Below are positions 1 to 9,816 of a stretch of DNA of 27,590 nt, in pieces. The notes beneath the pieces are model-generated. The model made no database searches. It was not told where the DNA came from and was given only the letters and a program-made list of their open reading frames with translations. Position 1 is the stretch's first letter. Every line of letters begins with the position of its first letter. The translations under genes and the position numbers were made by a program. Source of the DNA: a virus (taxonomy: Duplodnaviria; Caudoviricetes); the IMG/VR virus record IMGVR_UViG_3300012953_000170, positions 1-27,590 of that record; one strand, written 5' to 3'.

Positions 1-420
1 GTCTCTAGTTAAAAACCTATGGTCAATAATTGGATCACAAGTTTTACCTTTTATTTCAATATCATTTAAAATATATTTTAATAATCTCATGTTAACCCAT
101 CTAATATCTGGATCAATTTCATAACACCATATTTCATTTATTCCAAGTTGTTTCCAATATGCACCATCATAAAATGAATAACCTGGTAAAGCTATCCCAG
201 CCTTTTTAAATGTGCTAGCACTTTGTAAGGTTTCATAGCACCAAAGTTTATTGTAATGATGTCCACTTCCTTCTTCTGCTAATATAGTATCATCTGCATG
301 ACCTATGCCATCTCTTAAATAAGCCTTTACTTGCTTTTCTCTATAGTGATGAGGATCATCTTTTTTACATATTCCGTTTAAAACGTCAAGTGCAGTTTTA
401 TACTGTTTTATTTCAAGCAT
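1..420 (-). CDS. Hypothetical protein, possibly class I SAM-dependent methyltransferase-like; truncated by the window edge and absent from the ORF track
   Basis: ATG at 420-418 overlaps the end of the upstream gene. The frame is open for 140 codons to position 1 (MLEIKQYKTALDVLNG...AGIALPGYSFYDG...INEIWCYEIDPDIRW...). 'IWCYEIDP' resembles the acidic end of Rossmann-fold strand beta-2. The function call is weak. Confidence 0.6.
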   Translation of the reverse strand, partial: MLEIKQYKTALDVLNGICKKDDPHHYREKQVKAYLRDGIGHADDTILAEEGSGHHYNKLWCYETLQSASTFKKAGIALPGYSFYDGAYWKQLGINEIWCYEIDPDIRWVNMRLLKYILNDIEIKGKTCDPIIDHRFLTRD

Positions 421-1130
421 TCTTTTTTCTCTTCCATAGTAAAACCAGAATAAGTTGATATTATAGATTCATCATTATTAATACCAACTACATCAGAATC
501 AAAAACATTGAAGTAATTTTTATAGACACCATCATATGAATAAGGACCAAATCTATGCCATAGCCAATTATCAATCATTCCATACTGAAAGAATATAGAT
601 TTACGATGATAATAAAAATCATGCCAAATTTTACGAAGTTGATGTACCTTCCATAATATTACCGAACTATTGTATAAAGGGTTTTGTCTGGTACCAAATA
701 GCAATCTCCATTCATTATCTGACTCGCCACTACCAGCAATCCAAGGTTTTTGCATGTCTAAATCAAAAAAATATGCAAGATCTTTATTAATTTTTGAATC
801 TAAATCAATGTATAATAAAGTATCTCTCTCATCAAATAACTCGTTATCATAAAAAAACATATTAATCTTTTGACAATGAGCGCAACCTCCTAAGTCTTCT
901 CTTAAAATACCATTATCAGATCCAATGGTTTCATTTACATCCATTGATCCTCTGTAATATTCTTTTTGAAGATAAGTAAACTCATCATTTTCTCTAGATG
1001 CGTAACATTCATGAATTGTGGTAAATTCAAAATCAACTGAGCAGTTTTTGTTTACTCTGTCATAAAGTTTATCTATGTCTTCTTGACCGTATCTATCACC
1101 CCATTGTAAATAAATTATTTTATTAGCCAT
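408..1130 (-). CDS. Glycosyltransferase, GT-A fold (phage nucleotide-diphospho-sugar transferase-like)
   Basis: N-terminal 'LQWGDRY' (KWGxKY-type motif), DxD motif in 'LLYIDLD', 'YNSSVILW' and 'GMIDNWL' match the layout of GT-A proteins common in marine T4-like phages. Confidence 0.75.
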   Translation of the reverse strand: MANKIIYLQWGDRYGQEDIDKLYDRVNKNCSVDFEFTTIHECYASRENDEFTYLQKEYYRGSMDVNETIGSDNGILREDLGGCAHCQKINMFFYDNELFDERDTLLYIDLDSKINKDLAYFFDLDMQKPWIAGSGESDNEWRLLFGTRQNPLYNSSVILWKVHQLRKIWHDFYYHRKSIFFQYGMIDNWLWHRFGPYSYDGVYKNYFNVFDSDVVGINNDESIISTYSGFTMEEKKECLK

Positions 1131-1578
1131 CTAATACTTCACCTACAATAGACATCACTGCATAAATATTTTTTGCTTTTTGAATTTTTTGTTTTACAGT
1201 TATAGGTTGGGATTTTATTTCTGGAATAGAAAGCACTCTTATTTTGAAAGGAAATAAAGCCTTATTATCACTACCATTCTTTTTTAAGAATTTAACTACG
1301 TCATCAATATCTTCAATTGGTTCACGCTTTTTCTCAATATATTTTTCATCTCTTTTCTGCTGCGCTTCTTTTAAACCTTGTTCGAACTTAGCCCATCTCT
1401 TTTCTAATGATTCTAGACTAATTATCTTAAGTAAGTCTTGAAAGTCTGGATTAGACCATACTACTGGAATGTGATAGGAAATAGTTTCTTTTTTATCGTT
1501 AAGATAATAGACTGTGATGAGTTCTTTTGAGCTATCAACAAAGTGTGCTTCAATGAATGTATCGGAAAATTCTGCCAT
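1123..1578 (-). CDS. Hypothetical phage protein, first gene of the GT cassette
   Basis: 151-aa ORF with a central charged coiled coil. It overlaps the GT start and is preceded by a late-promoter-like ATAAATA. Confidence 0.7.
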   Translation of the reverse strand: MAEFSDTFIEAHFVDSSKELITVYYLNDKKETISYHIPVVWSNPDFQDLLKIISLESLEKRWAKFEQGLKEAQQKRDEKYIEKKREPIEDIDDVVKFLKKNGSDNKALFPFKIRVLSIPEIKSQPITVKQKIQKAKNIYAVMSIVGEVLDG

Positions 1579-1602
1579 AATGTAATTCCATAATTAAATT
1601 TA

Positions 1603-1610
1603 TATTTATT
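1603..1610 (-). promoter_or_regulatory. T4-type late promoter variant (AATAAATA)
   Basis: Plus-strand tatttatt at 1603-1610 reads AATAAATA on the minus strand, about 25 nt upstream of the ATG at 1578 and overlapping the upstream stop codon. Confidence 0.55.
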
Positions 1611-2637
1611 AAGTAGCTTTTATCCTTAATTGGTAAGTTTTGTTTACTTGTAGAGCTGCACCAGTACCACCAGAATCTCCATAAGGTATCGCTTGAAAAG
1701 TATAACCATATCCAGAGTACCCACCATATCCAGAATCACCATATCTAGCACTATCTAAACTACTAGATATTCTTTGTGATACAATTTGTTTATCCAAAAT
1801 TAGTGATCCTCTAGTGACACCACCAAAAGGATGACCATTTGAATCACATATCTCATAATCTATTTTAGAACCCGTAGTATCAAATGCCGCAACTCTGTTG
1901 ATTGCTTTTTCAAGGTAATAATCCTGTTCTCCTCCGGCTGCTTGTCTGATTTGAAATTGTCCAGGTCCTATTGAATCAGCAAATAAAAAACCAACTGGTG
2001 AAGTGGGTTGTAAACTTGAATCAATTCCATGTCTAGCAAGATAATAATTTTGAATAATTGAAGGCTGATCTAGAGGTTCTGGTAAAGGACCTGAATCAAA
2101 CTTTGCGAGATCAGCAATAGTGTCAGTGAATATAGGTTGACTTGAAACGTTTTCTGAGTTCGAAGCATTTGTAGTGATGTAAAAAGATCCTTGTCTATCA
2201 GCTACTGTCGAACCTGCTACTAATAATGTAATTGCAGGTTTTATAAAAGTATCTTCAAAATCTTGTTGACTCATATGTCTAACATTTATTTGATTAGTGC
2301 CGCCATTAGATTCATAATATAATGGATATTTAGTAAAGTTAGAATCGGCTATGACCTCTCTTGTACTTCTGGTAAGATTGATTTTATCAAAGGTTACAGC
2401 ATTTATTGTTGTGGGATCACTCAAAGCTGAATCTGAAGTGGCACGTGCTACTCCAGCTTTTCTTCTAGTATCTATCATTGAATTTAAACTACCACCTGTA
2501 GTAATTTCTGCTAAAGAAACACCTGGATCTCGCGCGAAGTTTATTATTGCTCGTTGATAATAATCTGTAAGAGTACTTGACGTCATTTGAACGATGTTAC
2601 CATCGCTATCAAGTGTTAGTGGAATGACAGCAGTCAT
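1609..2637 (-). CDS. Putative virion structural protein (fibre/baseplate-associated), DS-rich
   Basis: S/T/G-rich 342-aa ORF at the distal end of the baseplate operon, with 10 DS dipeptides and a Gly/Tyr-rich loop near the C-terminus. Confidence 0.6.
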   Translation of the reverse strand: MTAVIPLTLDSDGNIVQMTSSTLTDYYQRAIINFARDPGVSLAEITTGGSLNSMIDTRRKAGVARATSDSALSDPTTINAVTFDKINLTRSTREVIADSNFTKYPLYYESNGGTNQINVRHMSQQDFEDTFIKPAITLLVAGSTVADRQGSFYITTNASNSENVSSQPIFTDTIADLAKFDSGPLPEPLDQPSIIQNYYLARHGIDSSLQPTSPVGFLFADSIGPGQFQIRQAAGGEQDYYLEKAINRVAAFDTTGSKIDYEICDSNGHPFGGVTRGSLILDKQIVSQRISSSLDSARYGDSGYGGYSGYGYTFQAIPYGDSGGTGAALQVNKTYQLRIKAT

Positions 2638-2639
2638 AA

Positions 2640-3125
2640 TTAAACTCCTGAGTCAGTGTAACCGAAAATCCTTTTTGCAACAGTTCCGTTTGATCTCAAT
2701 ATGGCTAAGTTAATAGTACGTATATTGTTTGTATTTACCGTTCCAATAGATGCATTTAGAGCAGCTATATCCGAATCATTCGCGGTTATCTGAGCTTGTA
2801 ATGACTCTGTACTTGCCGCCGAATCATTAAGACCTACTTTATTGCTAAGTGATGCTATATCGGAATCATTACCAGATATTTGCCCGGTTAAAGAACCAGA
2901 CGATGATGTAGCGCTATCAAATCCAATGTATGCTTTAAGAGCAAGTATATCTGAATCATTCCCGAGAACTCCATCATGCGCAGAATTTATCGCTTGAACC
3001 AAATCTGAATCAGCTAAACCTGCATTTAAACTATCCAGATCTCCAACATTGTATGATATAACATTAACCTTAGTTCTAAAGGCATTAATCGTATCACTTA
3101 AATCTACAAAAGTTTTTCTAGCCAT
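2640..3125 (-). CDS. Short segmented coiled-coil (fibritin-like) structural protein
   Basis: N-terminal 'VDLSDTINAFRTKVN' resembles fibre-anchor starts. Three 30-aa repeats contain NDSDI with a heptad pattern ending in Gly. Confidence 0.6.
   Translation of the reverse strand: MARKTFVDLSDTINAFRTKVNVISYNVGDLDSLNAGLADSDLVQAINSAHDGVLGNDSDILALKAYIGFDSATSSSGSLTGQISGNDSDIASLSNKVGLNDSAASTESLQAQITANDSDIAALNASIGTVNTNNIRTINLAILRSNGTVAKRIFGYTDSGV
2745..2970 (-). repeat. 90-nt (30-aa) imperfect tandem repeat, about 3 copies
   Basis: Core 'tatatcNgaatcatt' recurs with gaatc at 2773, 2863 and 2953, an exact 90-nt period, encoding NDSDI each time. Confidence 0.85.
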
Positions 3126-3333
3126 CTTTATTCATCTTTTCTAATATTTGTTTCATGATATCTTTAAGTTCATTAACATCACTTTTTAATGTTTCAAACT
3201 CATTTTCTTTTTCAACGCGTTGTTCTTTTCTTATCTTTGCGGCTTCAATCTCAGTTTCATTGGAGTTTAAGACAGCACCAGTTTCTTCATCTTTAACTAA
3301 GTCTTTATTTCCTTCTATTCTTACAAGTTTCAT
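3118..3333 (-). CDS. Small coiled-coil hypothetical protein, typically found downstream of the DUF4815 gene in marine T4-likes
   Basis: 71 aa, 'RIEGNKDLVKDEETGAVLN' followed by a charged heptad helix, tightly packed between its neighbours. Confidence 0.75.
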   Translation of the reverse strand: MKLVRIEGNKDLVKDEETGAVLNSNETEIEAAKIRKEQRVEKENEFETLKSDVNELKDIMKQILEKMNKDG

Positions 3334-3334
3334 A

Positions 3335-6300
3335 TTAGACTCCTAATGCAATTGCTCTTAAATCTTTTATTACTGGAACCTTACTTGAATTGCTTGATCT
3401 AAATACAATTTTTAATTGAAATGCAGAAAAGGCTGTAAGTGTTCCATTTTGTCCACCTATAAGATATGTATATTCTCTAAATACATCTCTATTTTCATCG
3501 CTTGGCACATTAGCATCTCTTGGAGCCAATGTCCATTTAGTGTCATCAAGTTGTTGGTCTTCAATAACTGTTTTAAAGTATAGATCAAAATCTGCTGATG
3601 AAGGTCTATTAGCGCTAAGTAATATTCTAAGTCCAACTGCATTTGATAACAGTGATACAGGTTTAGTCACATGTTTCGAAAGGTGTGTACCTCTAGTTTT
3701 ATCAGTTTCTGGTAAAATATTTAAAGGTACGTTAAAACCTGCAGCAGCAACAGATGCCTGATTATCAATTTTATTTCCTATAAGCATCAAAGAAGCTCTT
3801 TGTAGATCTATAACTGGAGAAACAAAATCATTTGAAGAAGACATTGTTACTTTCATTGTAGCACTTTTTGCTGCTTTAGCGTCATTTGTCACAACATTAG
3901 GTGCAGAAAGAAGATTATTTTCTTTTAATGTGATATCAGAAAAAGCTGTTTCTTTTACATAAGCTGTCTCAGATCCTGCTAATGATTTACTAGATGTTTG
4001 TTTCATTTGAGTACTAATTGAAGTACTTTGAGGAACAAGAGTTTCTAAGTAAGGTATAATATTGTCATATTTGTAATGCTGACTTATTACAACATTATTA
4101 CCACCACCAGATGATGTTGCATTGGCTTGAGTTCCAGTAAATGTAAAGCCTGTACCATCAATTCCGGTAATAGTTTTATCACCAGTTACAGTAACTCCAC
4201 CTATAGTACCTGACACACCTTGAAAGGTTACTGTATCGCCAACTTGAAGTCCATGATCGGGAGCAACTACTCTTATTGTAGTGGAAGATACTCCAGTTCT
4301 TATAGGATTGTCACCAAGTTTTATAAATGGTATTGAATGATTATTCAAAATAGCAGTATGATTTCCTGTGGTAAATACTGCTCTGTTTATTTTAAATTTA
4401 AGATCCATATCATAAACTGGTTCCCATTTGTAAGAATTTTGAGGCATGTATAACGCGCCTACAACAGTTTTTCTTGTAACTCTTTTTTCAGTAGATCCAG
4501 TTTGTATTTCACCAGTTTCACCAGCCCATATCTTGTATTTTTTACTATCAGAATTTATAGCAATAACATATTCAGTAAAAGAATCTAAAAATACTGGCTC
4601 ATCAAATTGAAATGTCGTTGAAGATGATGCATCATCAGAAACATTAACACCTGTTGGTGAGAGATATTTTATTGATCCTGGAACTATAACTTCTTTTGAT
4701 GGTGTTCCATTTATAATTGGTATTATTTGCACCCATATTGGCAGATCATTATCTTTTGTTTGGAAGAATAATTCTATTGATGAAACAAACATTCCTTTAT
4801 CATTATTTACATAAAATGCCTGTGCTAAAGGATCAACTCTACCTCTCGTATCTGATGTACCGATTACTTTGTCCGAAAGAATATTTTTATCTGTTCCATT
4901 GGCTGTTATATGTCTTGTGGAAATAACACCAGTTCTATTTTTTTCTATAACACCACTACAATTATAAAGAGATGTTGCTTTAGTGGATGCATTTGTTTCA
5001 TCAGAAGTTGTAATATCAAGAAGCTTAAATTCTCTAACTCCACATCTAAAACTTATGTCATTTGTATTAGGAATAAAAAACGTACCCGAAACCTTTCCTT
5101 CAGCATCAGTTGTTAAATTACTAGATCCTAATGGATGTTGACTAGCTGAAGATGCAGTATTACCATATTCAGTTACTCCAGTACCATGAAAAACAAAAGT
5201 AGATTCTCTTACCCATGAAGAAACATCTACACCATCAAAATATGGAAAGACTCTTGTATTTGGACGCATTCCTATAGCTTCAAAATTTACTAATCTAGAT
5301 CTCATAAAAGGAATTATAGCTATATCAACAACCCTATCATCTATTATTTTTCTTATAGTTTCTGAAGCAACTACTCTATTAACAATAGTTTTATCGACTT
5401 CTTCTAAACCACCTGTTAAAAAACTAGAGCTTTGGCCGCTAAAAGATCTCGTATCATTTTGTATTTCTGTTGTTTCAGATACATTACCATTAGCATCATT
5501 ACCTATCCAATTCCATTTAATACTTTGTCTTAATGTATCTTCATCGCTGGAAAGTTTATTTGTTCCAGATATTGCTTTAGTTCCAACTCTTTCAGTGTCT
5601 CTAAATTCATCTGATGATGGAGATAAACGAATATTACCATTAAACTGAAATATATCAAAACTATTAACGTCTATCGTTTTTGAAGACTGCAGTTGTGATA
5701 TATGAGCGGAATCTCTAAAATTAAGATATACATTATCACCTTTTCTTACTACTCCAGAAGATCCAGCATCGGCAGAATCATAAAGTAGTCCAGCATTGTT
5801 TTCGTAATATGCTGGATGGAGTGTGTGGCTTTTTGGATCTATAGAAGCTTTATACTGTACACTAGAAAGTAATGATAAAGATTGATCAACAAAATTGTCT
5901 ACAACAAATCCTACCTTGACTCTATCGTTACCCGCAGAATCTAAAACATCTGTTGTACTTGTATCAAGCTCTAATAAACTTAAACTTTGAAGTTCTTCTA
6001 GTTTTTCTATTCTTCTTTCTAGTTTACCAATATCTTTCATGGTGAAACTTTTTGCTTCAATCATATCATAAGAGACATCCGCACCACTTAAAGTGTTTGC
6101 ACCCATTCTTGTTCTGTATAGTTCCAGTGAATTAGCTGGTGTATCTGGAAACTTTGGAGTTAGTGATGAGGATCCTAGAACTAAATTTAAATCACCAGTT
6201 TCTGTTATAGTAATTTTATCGTTCCTTGGCATGAAATGAGAATTATCAGAAGTTACAGTATCAGTATTTTTAGGTAATTCTATTATTCTTGCATTTGATC

Positions 6301-8413
6301 CTTGAAATGTCGATCCAGTACCTCGAGTGGGTCTAAAATCTAATACATCTCTAAGATTTATTTCTTTACCAGTTTTTGAAGTAAAGGTTGGTATTTGCGC
6401 GTAGGCAATTGAATTGTATGAATTAACAGAATAAAAATCACCTGAAGTTGTTTGAGTAAAATGTCTAACCTGAGCTCTTACTGTACCTGGACTGCTAAAC
6501 TCTCCTCTTAGTATTAACCTACCACCTTGATAATAAGCGTCTCTTTGACCATTATCTAACTCAAAGTAAGAAGTAACATCTTCGCCACTTGCGCTATCTT
6601 TATTTACAGTCAAAACATCAAATATATCGGTTGCTCCAAGAAACACAACGGTTACAATATTTCCTTCTCCATCTGAATCAGTGACGGGTGATTGTGTTAC
6701 AGTATGAGTTGTTAGTGTCTTAGTCTTTGCTGTTGCAGAACTTTTATTAACATATGCCAACACAGATACACTTTTTCCTACGACACCCGTACCTATTGTA
6801 GAAGCTTGAGTTGCATTACCGCTTATTGAACTGGCAGTAAGTTCTGGTCCACTATCATCTCTAAATAATAACCAGTCAGAAGTATTCGCAAATGTTTCTC
6901 CAGGAACTGTAAGATTTATTCCAAGATTACCAGCTGAATCAGTTGTTCCAGTAAACCTTCTTTGAACTGCAAAATTGACATCTGATAATGTCGAAGGTCT
7001 AACATTTGGTAATTCAAAAATGAGATCCTCTTTGTTTATCTCGAAAAGTTCAGCAACTACATTGTTGTTAGTGTCTGTTTTAGTTTTTAGTGTTACAAAA
7101 TCAGTCTGTGAATTACCTATTGCTCTTGCTGAATTAAAACTCTGCCCTTTTGCCATTTCAATATCAAAAAGATAGACCTTAAAAGTTCCATCAGTAAGTT
7201 TTTCTATCGAACGAATTTTTGCTTGTCCAATCGCAGACCCCGTAACATTCGCGGCATTTGTAGAAATTCTAACTAAAGCAAGAGAGTCTATTCTAGGAGC
7301 GCCTTTTATTGCGGTTGCTATTACAAAGTTTCCATAATCAACACCAGTTGGTTGATTGTTAAATGTTGTTGTCGCGGTAGATCTTGGAACAGTTATTTTT
7401 GTTGGTGATGGATTATTTACTCTGTATCCATTAACATATGCGGTTCCTTCACTTACAGTAAGTTGTAAGTTAGAAGCATCTGCTGAATCATATGCAACTG
7501 TAAATGGCTTTATAACATAGTTACCTGATTCTTCTTTTGTTCTTTGAGCTAAAATATCATTTATTCTATTATATTGATTATGACCAGTTGCAACTTCTAC
7601 AAGTTTAGAATTTTCAATTCTTCCTATTACCACAAAATTATCAGATGTACCGATTTGATCTTCAGTTATTAATTGCAATTGTATTCTAAATCTATCAGCA
7701 CCAGGCGCAGTTTGATTTAAAACAGCTCCTTGATTATCATATAAAGATGTATCATCATTTACAGTTACTATATCTTGTACTATTTTAAATCCTAAATTAA
7801 CAGATTTAGATTTACTGTATTTTTCAATTATTATTGATTGTGGTTTTACATGTACAAAAAATCCTTGAACAAAGAAATCACTTTTTCCAACACTAACTCT
7901 TATTCCTGAACCAACGGCTGGATTTGATGCTGTATTAGTGGTTTGCACAGTCATATTTCCTGAACCAATGTCTGCATTCAATTGCTCACCAGGCGTAACT
8001 CTTATAGGCGTTGAACTTGAAGTTCCGGAAAGACTATTTGTATATCTAACATATAGTGTGTTTGGATCAGAACCATCTGAGGATACTGTTTCTAGTATTT
8101 TTACTTTGACATTTGAAGTTTGTCCGGTAAATTCAGTATCAATAATATCAACTGGAAAGGAAGCATCAGTTATCTTAATAAATTCATAATTGTTATTAAT
8201 TACTATTCCACCAGGATTAACAGCTGCACCTTCTTTAAATATATTTGACCCAAATCTTTTTACTTCATCTTGTATTATTGTTTGAAGCTGTGTTAATTCT
8301 CTTGCTTGTAAAGCTCTTCGTGGATTGAAAAGTATTCTATGAAATCCTGCACTATCAGAAAAATCATCTTTATACTTTGAAGCAAATAAATTATCGGTGA
8401 ATGTTGTGGCCAT
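3335..8413 (-). CDS. Large virion structural protein, DUF4815/VrlC-like (outer baseplate)
   Basis: N-terminal 'YKDDF...FHRILFNPRRALQARELTQLQTIIQ', 'APGADRF', 'LAQRTKEESGNY', 'GFVVDNF', 'DPLAQAF' and C-terminal 'VPVIKDLRAIAL' are the recurring motifs of this family. It lies directly after gp8. Confidence 0.85.
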   Translation of the reverse strand: MATTFTDNLFASKYKDDFSDSAGFHRILFNPRRALQARELTQLQTIIQDEVKRFGSNIFKEGAAVNPGGIVINNNYEFIKITDASFPVDIIDTEFTGQTSNVKVKILETVSSDGSDPNTLYVRYTNSLSGTSSSTPIRVTPGEQLNADIGSGNMTVQTTNTASNPAVGSGIRVSVGKSDFFVQGFFVHVKPQSIIIEKYSKSKSVNLGFKIVQDIVTVNDDTSLYDNQGAVLNQTAPGADRFRIQLQLITEDQIGTSDNFVVIGRIENSKLVEVATGHNQYNRINDILAQRTKEESGNYVIKPFTVAYDSADASNLQLTVSEGTAYVNGYRVNNPSPTKITVPRSTATTTFNNQPTGVDYGNFVIATAIKGAPRIDSLALVRISTNAANVTGSAIGQAKIRSIEKLTDGTFKVYLFDIEMAKGQSFNSARAIGNSQTDFVTLKTKTDTNNNVVAELFEINKEDLIFELPNVRPSTLSDVNFAVQRRFTGTTDSAGNLGINLTVPGETFANTSDWLLFRDDSGPELTASSISGNATQASTIGTGVVGKSVSVLAYVNKSSATAKTKTLTTHTVTQSPVTDSDGEGNIVTVVFLGATDIFDVLTVNKDSASGEDVTSYFELDNGQRDAYYQGGRLILRGEFSSPGTVRAQVRHFTQTTSGDFYSVNSYNSIAYAQIPTFTSKTGKEINLRDVLDFRPTRGTGSTFQGSNARIIELPKNTDTVTSDNSHFMPRNDKITITETGDLNLVLGSSSLTPKFPDTPANSLELYRTRMGANTLSGADVSYDMIEAKSFTMKDIGKLERRIEKLEELQSLSLLELDTSTTDVLDSAGNDRVKVGFVVDNFVDQSLSLLSSVQYKASIDPKSHTLHPAYYENNAGLLYDSADAGSSGVVRKGDNVYLNFRDSAHISQLQSSKTIDVNSFDIFQFNGNIRLSPSSDEFRDTERVGTKAISGTNKLSSDEDTLRQSIKWNWIGNDANGNVSETTEIQNDTRSFSGQSSSFLTGGLEEVDKTIVNRVVASETIRKIIDDRVVDIAIIPFMRSRLVNFEAIGMRPNTRVFPYFDGVDVSSWVRESTFVFHGTGVTEYGNTASSASQHPLGSSNLTTDAEGKVSGTFFIPNTNDISFRCGVREFKLLDITTSDETNASTKATSLYNCSGVIEKNRTGVISTRHITANGTDKNILSDKVIGTSDTRGRVDPLAQAFYVNNDKGMFVSSIELFFQTKDNDLPIWVQIIPIINGTPSKEVIVPGSIKYLSPTGVNVSDDASSSTTFQFDEPVFLDSFTEYVIAINSDSKKYKIWAGETGEIQTGSTEKRVTRKTVVGALYMPQNSYKWEPVYDMDLKFKINRAVFTTGNHTAILNNHSIPFIKLGDNPIRTGVSSTTIRVVAPDHGLQVGDTVTFQGVSGTIGGVTVTGDKTITGIDGTGFTFTGTQANATSSGGGNNVVISQHYKYDNIIPYLETLVPQSTSISTQMKQTSSKSLAGSETAYVKETAFSDITLKENNLLSAPNVVTNDAKAAKSATMKVTMSSSNDFVSPVIDLQRASLMLIGNKIDNQASVAAAGFNVPLNILPETDKTRGTHLSKHVTKPVSLLSNAVGLRILLSANRPSSADFDLYFKTVIEDQQLDDTKWTLAPRDANVPSDENRDVFREYTYLIGGQNGTLTAFSAFQLKIVFRSSNSSKVPVIKDLRAIALGV

Positions 8414-8424
8414 CTAATAACTCT

Positions 8425-9774
8425 TTATATTTGTATTACTATCTTAATATCTTCGGTTTGTCCTTGCGATCTTGCAACTGCACCTCTATTATTAAGATAC
8501 AATAAGTCTCCAGTATGTTTCTTTATGAAACCAGGTATACGAGGTGTTAATACTATTCCTGAACCTGTTCCATTACTTTCTGTAATTGTTTCACCTATAG
8601 CAAAAGAATCAAATCCTGTATTATCATTTTGATGATAAAATATTTTATTTGAATCTACTTTATCTATAACTGCCTTAGTACCAGTTGTCGTACCGACTAT
8701 TATCTTATCTGCAGTAAATACACTGGAAATTGTTTGTAGTTTTAAATGATCTAATACAGAGCCAGTAAGTCCACCAAAGACTGAATCCGTGGCTGTCTTT
8801 CTAAGATCATTTATTAATCCTATTTGTCTAAAATCATTTCCTAATATGAAATCACTATCAGTGCCTTCTACTTTACAGTGTACAACCAATGATGATGTTT
8901 TAAGATCTAATTTTGCATTTCTTCCGAATCCTTCTTTAGGACCTATAACCGCTCTTGCGAGAGCTCCAGTTCCGCCGCCTCCTACAAGAGAAACATTGGC
9001 TGTTGAGTATCCTTTTCCATATTTCAAAGTGCTTGAGTCGTTATCAAATTCGACTTTTGTTACTGCTCCAGCGGCGCTATCAATTATAGCGGTTGCGGAA
9101 AAAGCACTATCACCATCACCAAATATGAGAACTGTTGGCGCTGATGTGTATCCACTTCCTCCGTTTGTAACAATAACCTGTGTTATTCTACCTGAATCAG
9201 AATTGTCCTGTATTTCTTTTTGTTTTATCTGTATTCCAGATGAATTAGAATCAGTATCTAAAATTATTCTAGTTGGCATAAAAGATGCAGTCATGAACTT
9301 TCTTGCTTCAGTTTCGCTAATCGTATATAAAAATTTCCATACGTAACCATCAGCTAGTTCAAAAGGATCATTGTTACTTCCTGTTGGTTGTACTATTGAT
9401 GGGACTAAATTACCTTGATTATTTCTACCTGCCCTTAAACAAATATAAACGCCAAAGTTTTCTGTGAGCACATAAAAAGATGCAGAACCATATCCTGTTG
9501 TTTGGTTGTCCCAACCATGATATATTGTACCACTCGTCCAATTAACTCGAGGAACAACATGTGAAACACCATTTAATCTTTTTACAGATTGCAACCCATT
9601 TTTAAACTTTCTTTCATCATCTGTATTATTAATAGGTACAGGCGCAGTATCTGAATCATTCCAAGCCTCAGATCTTCCAAATCCAACGTATGTTGGCTTT
9701 GAATTATCTTGAAGAACTGTAACTAATTGATCAATAAGTTGTAATTTTAATCTATCCGTAACAATAGCTGCCAT
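8425..9774 (-). CDS. gp8: Baseplate wedge subunit gp8
   Basis: 'VVPRVNWTSGTIY', 'VYICL', 'DGYVWKFLYTI', 'NDFRQIGLI', 'GDLLYLNNR...RSQGQTEDIKIVI'; gp6-gp7-gp8 synteny. Confidence 0.9.
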   Translation of the reverse strand: MAAIVTDRLKLQLIDQLVTVLQDNSKPTYVGFGRSEAWNDSDTAPVPINNTDDERKFKNGLQSVKRLNGVSHVVPRVNWTSGTIYHGWDNQTTGYGSASFYVLTENFGVYICLRAGRNNQGNLVPSIVQPTGSNNDPFELADGYVWKFLYTISETEARKFMTASFMPTRIILDTDSNSSGIQIKQKEIQDNSDSGRITQVIVTNGGSGYTSAPTVLIFGDGDSAFSATAIIDSAAGAVTKVEFDNDSSTLKYGKGYSTANVSLVGGGGTGALARAVIGPKEGFGRNAKLDLKTSSLVVHCKVEGTDSDFILGNDFRQIGLINDLRKTATDSVFGGLTGSVLDHLKLQTISSVFTADKIIVGTTTGTKAVIDKVDSNKIFYHQNDNTGFDSFAIGETITESNGTGSGIVLTPRIPGFIKKHTGDLLYLNNRGAVARSQGQTEDIKIVIQI

Positions 9775-9798
9775 ATCATTTATCCTGTTCGTTTATCT

Positions 9799-9806
9799 TA
9801 TTTATA
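9799..9806 (-). promoter_or_regulatory. T4 late promoter TATAAATA for gp8 and downstream genes
   Basis: Perfect consensus (plus-strand tatttata) in the 42-bp gp7-gp8 gap, with an AGGA SD-like sequence before the gp8 ATG. Confidence 0.85.
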
Positions 9807-9816
9807 CCTGTTTTCA

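Noticed and set aside
2745-2970. 90-nt periodic repeat as a CRISPR array or DGR template/variable repeat
   Set aside because: The repeats are degenerate, in frame and protein-coding, with no constant repeat plus unique spacers. No cas or reverse transcriptase gene is present in the window.
1609-3125. Frequent GAATC/GATTC (GANTC, CcrM/HinfI-type sites) as a DNA-level methylation signal
   Set aside because: The sites I checked fall in the Asp-Ser codon frame, and several DS pairs use GAT AGY, which has no GANTC. Protein-level selection explains them better.
8789-9346. 185-aa plus-strand ORF, and other antisense ORFs such as 20253-20660, 23026-23358, 23470-23823 and 17480-17785
   Set aside because: They lie entirely opposite well-supported structural genes, have no recognisable motifs or RBS, and show the composition of shadow frames.
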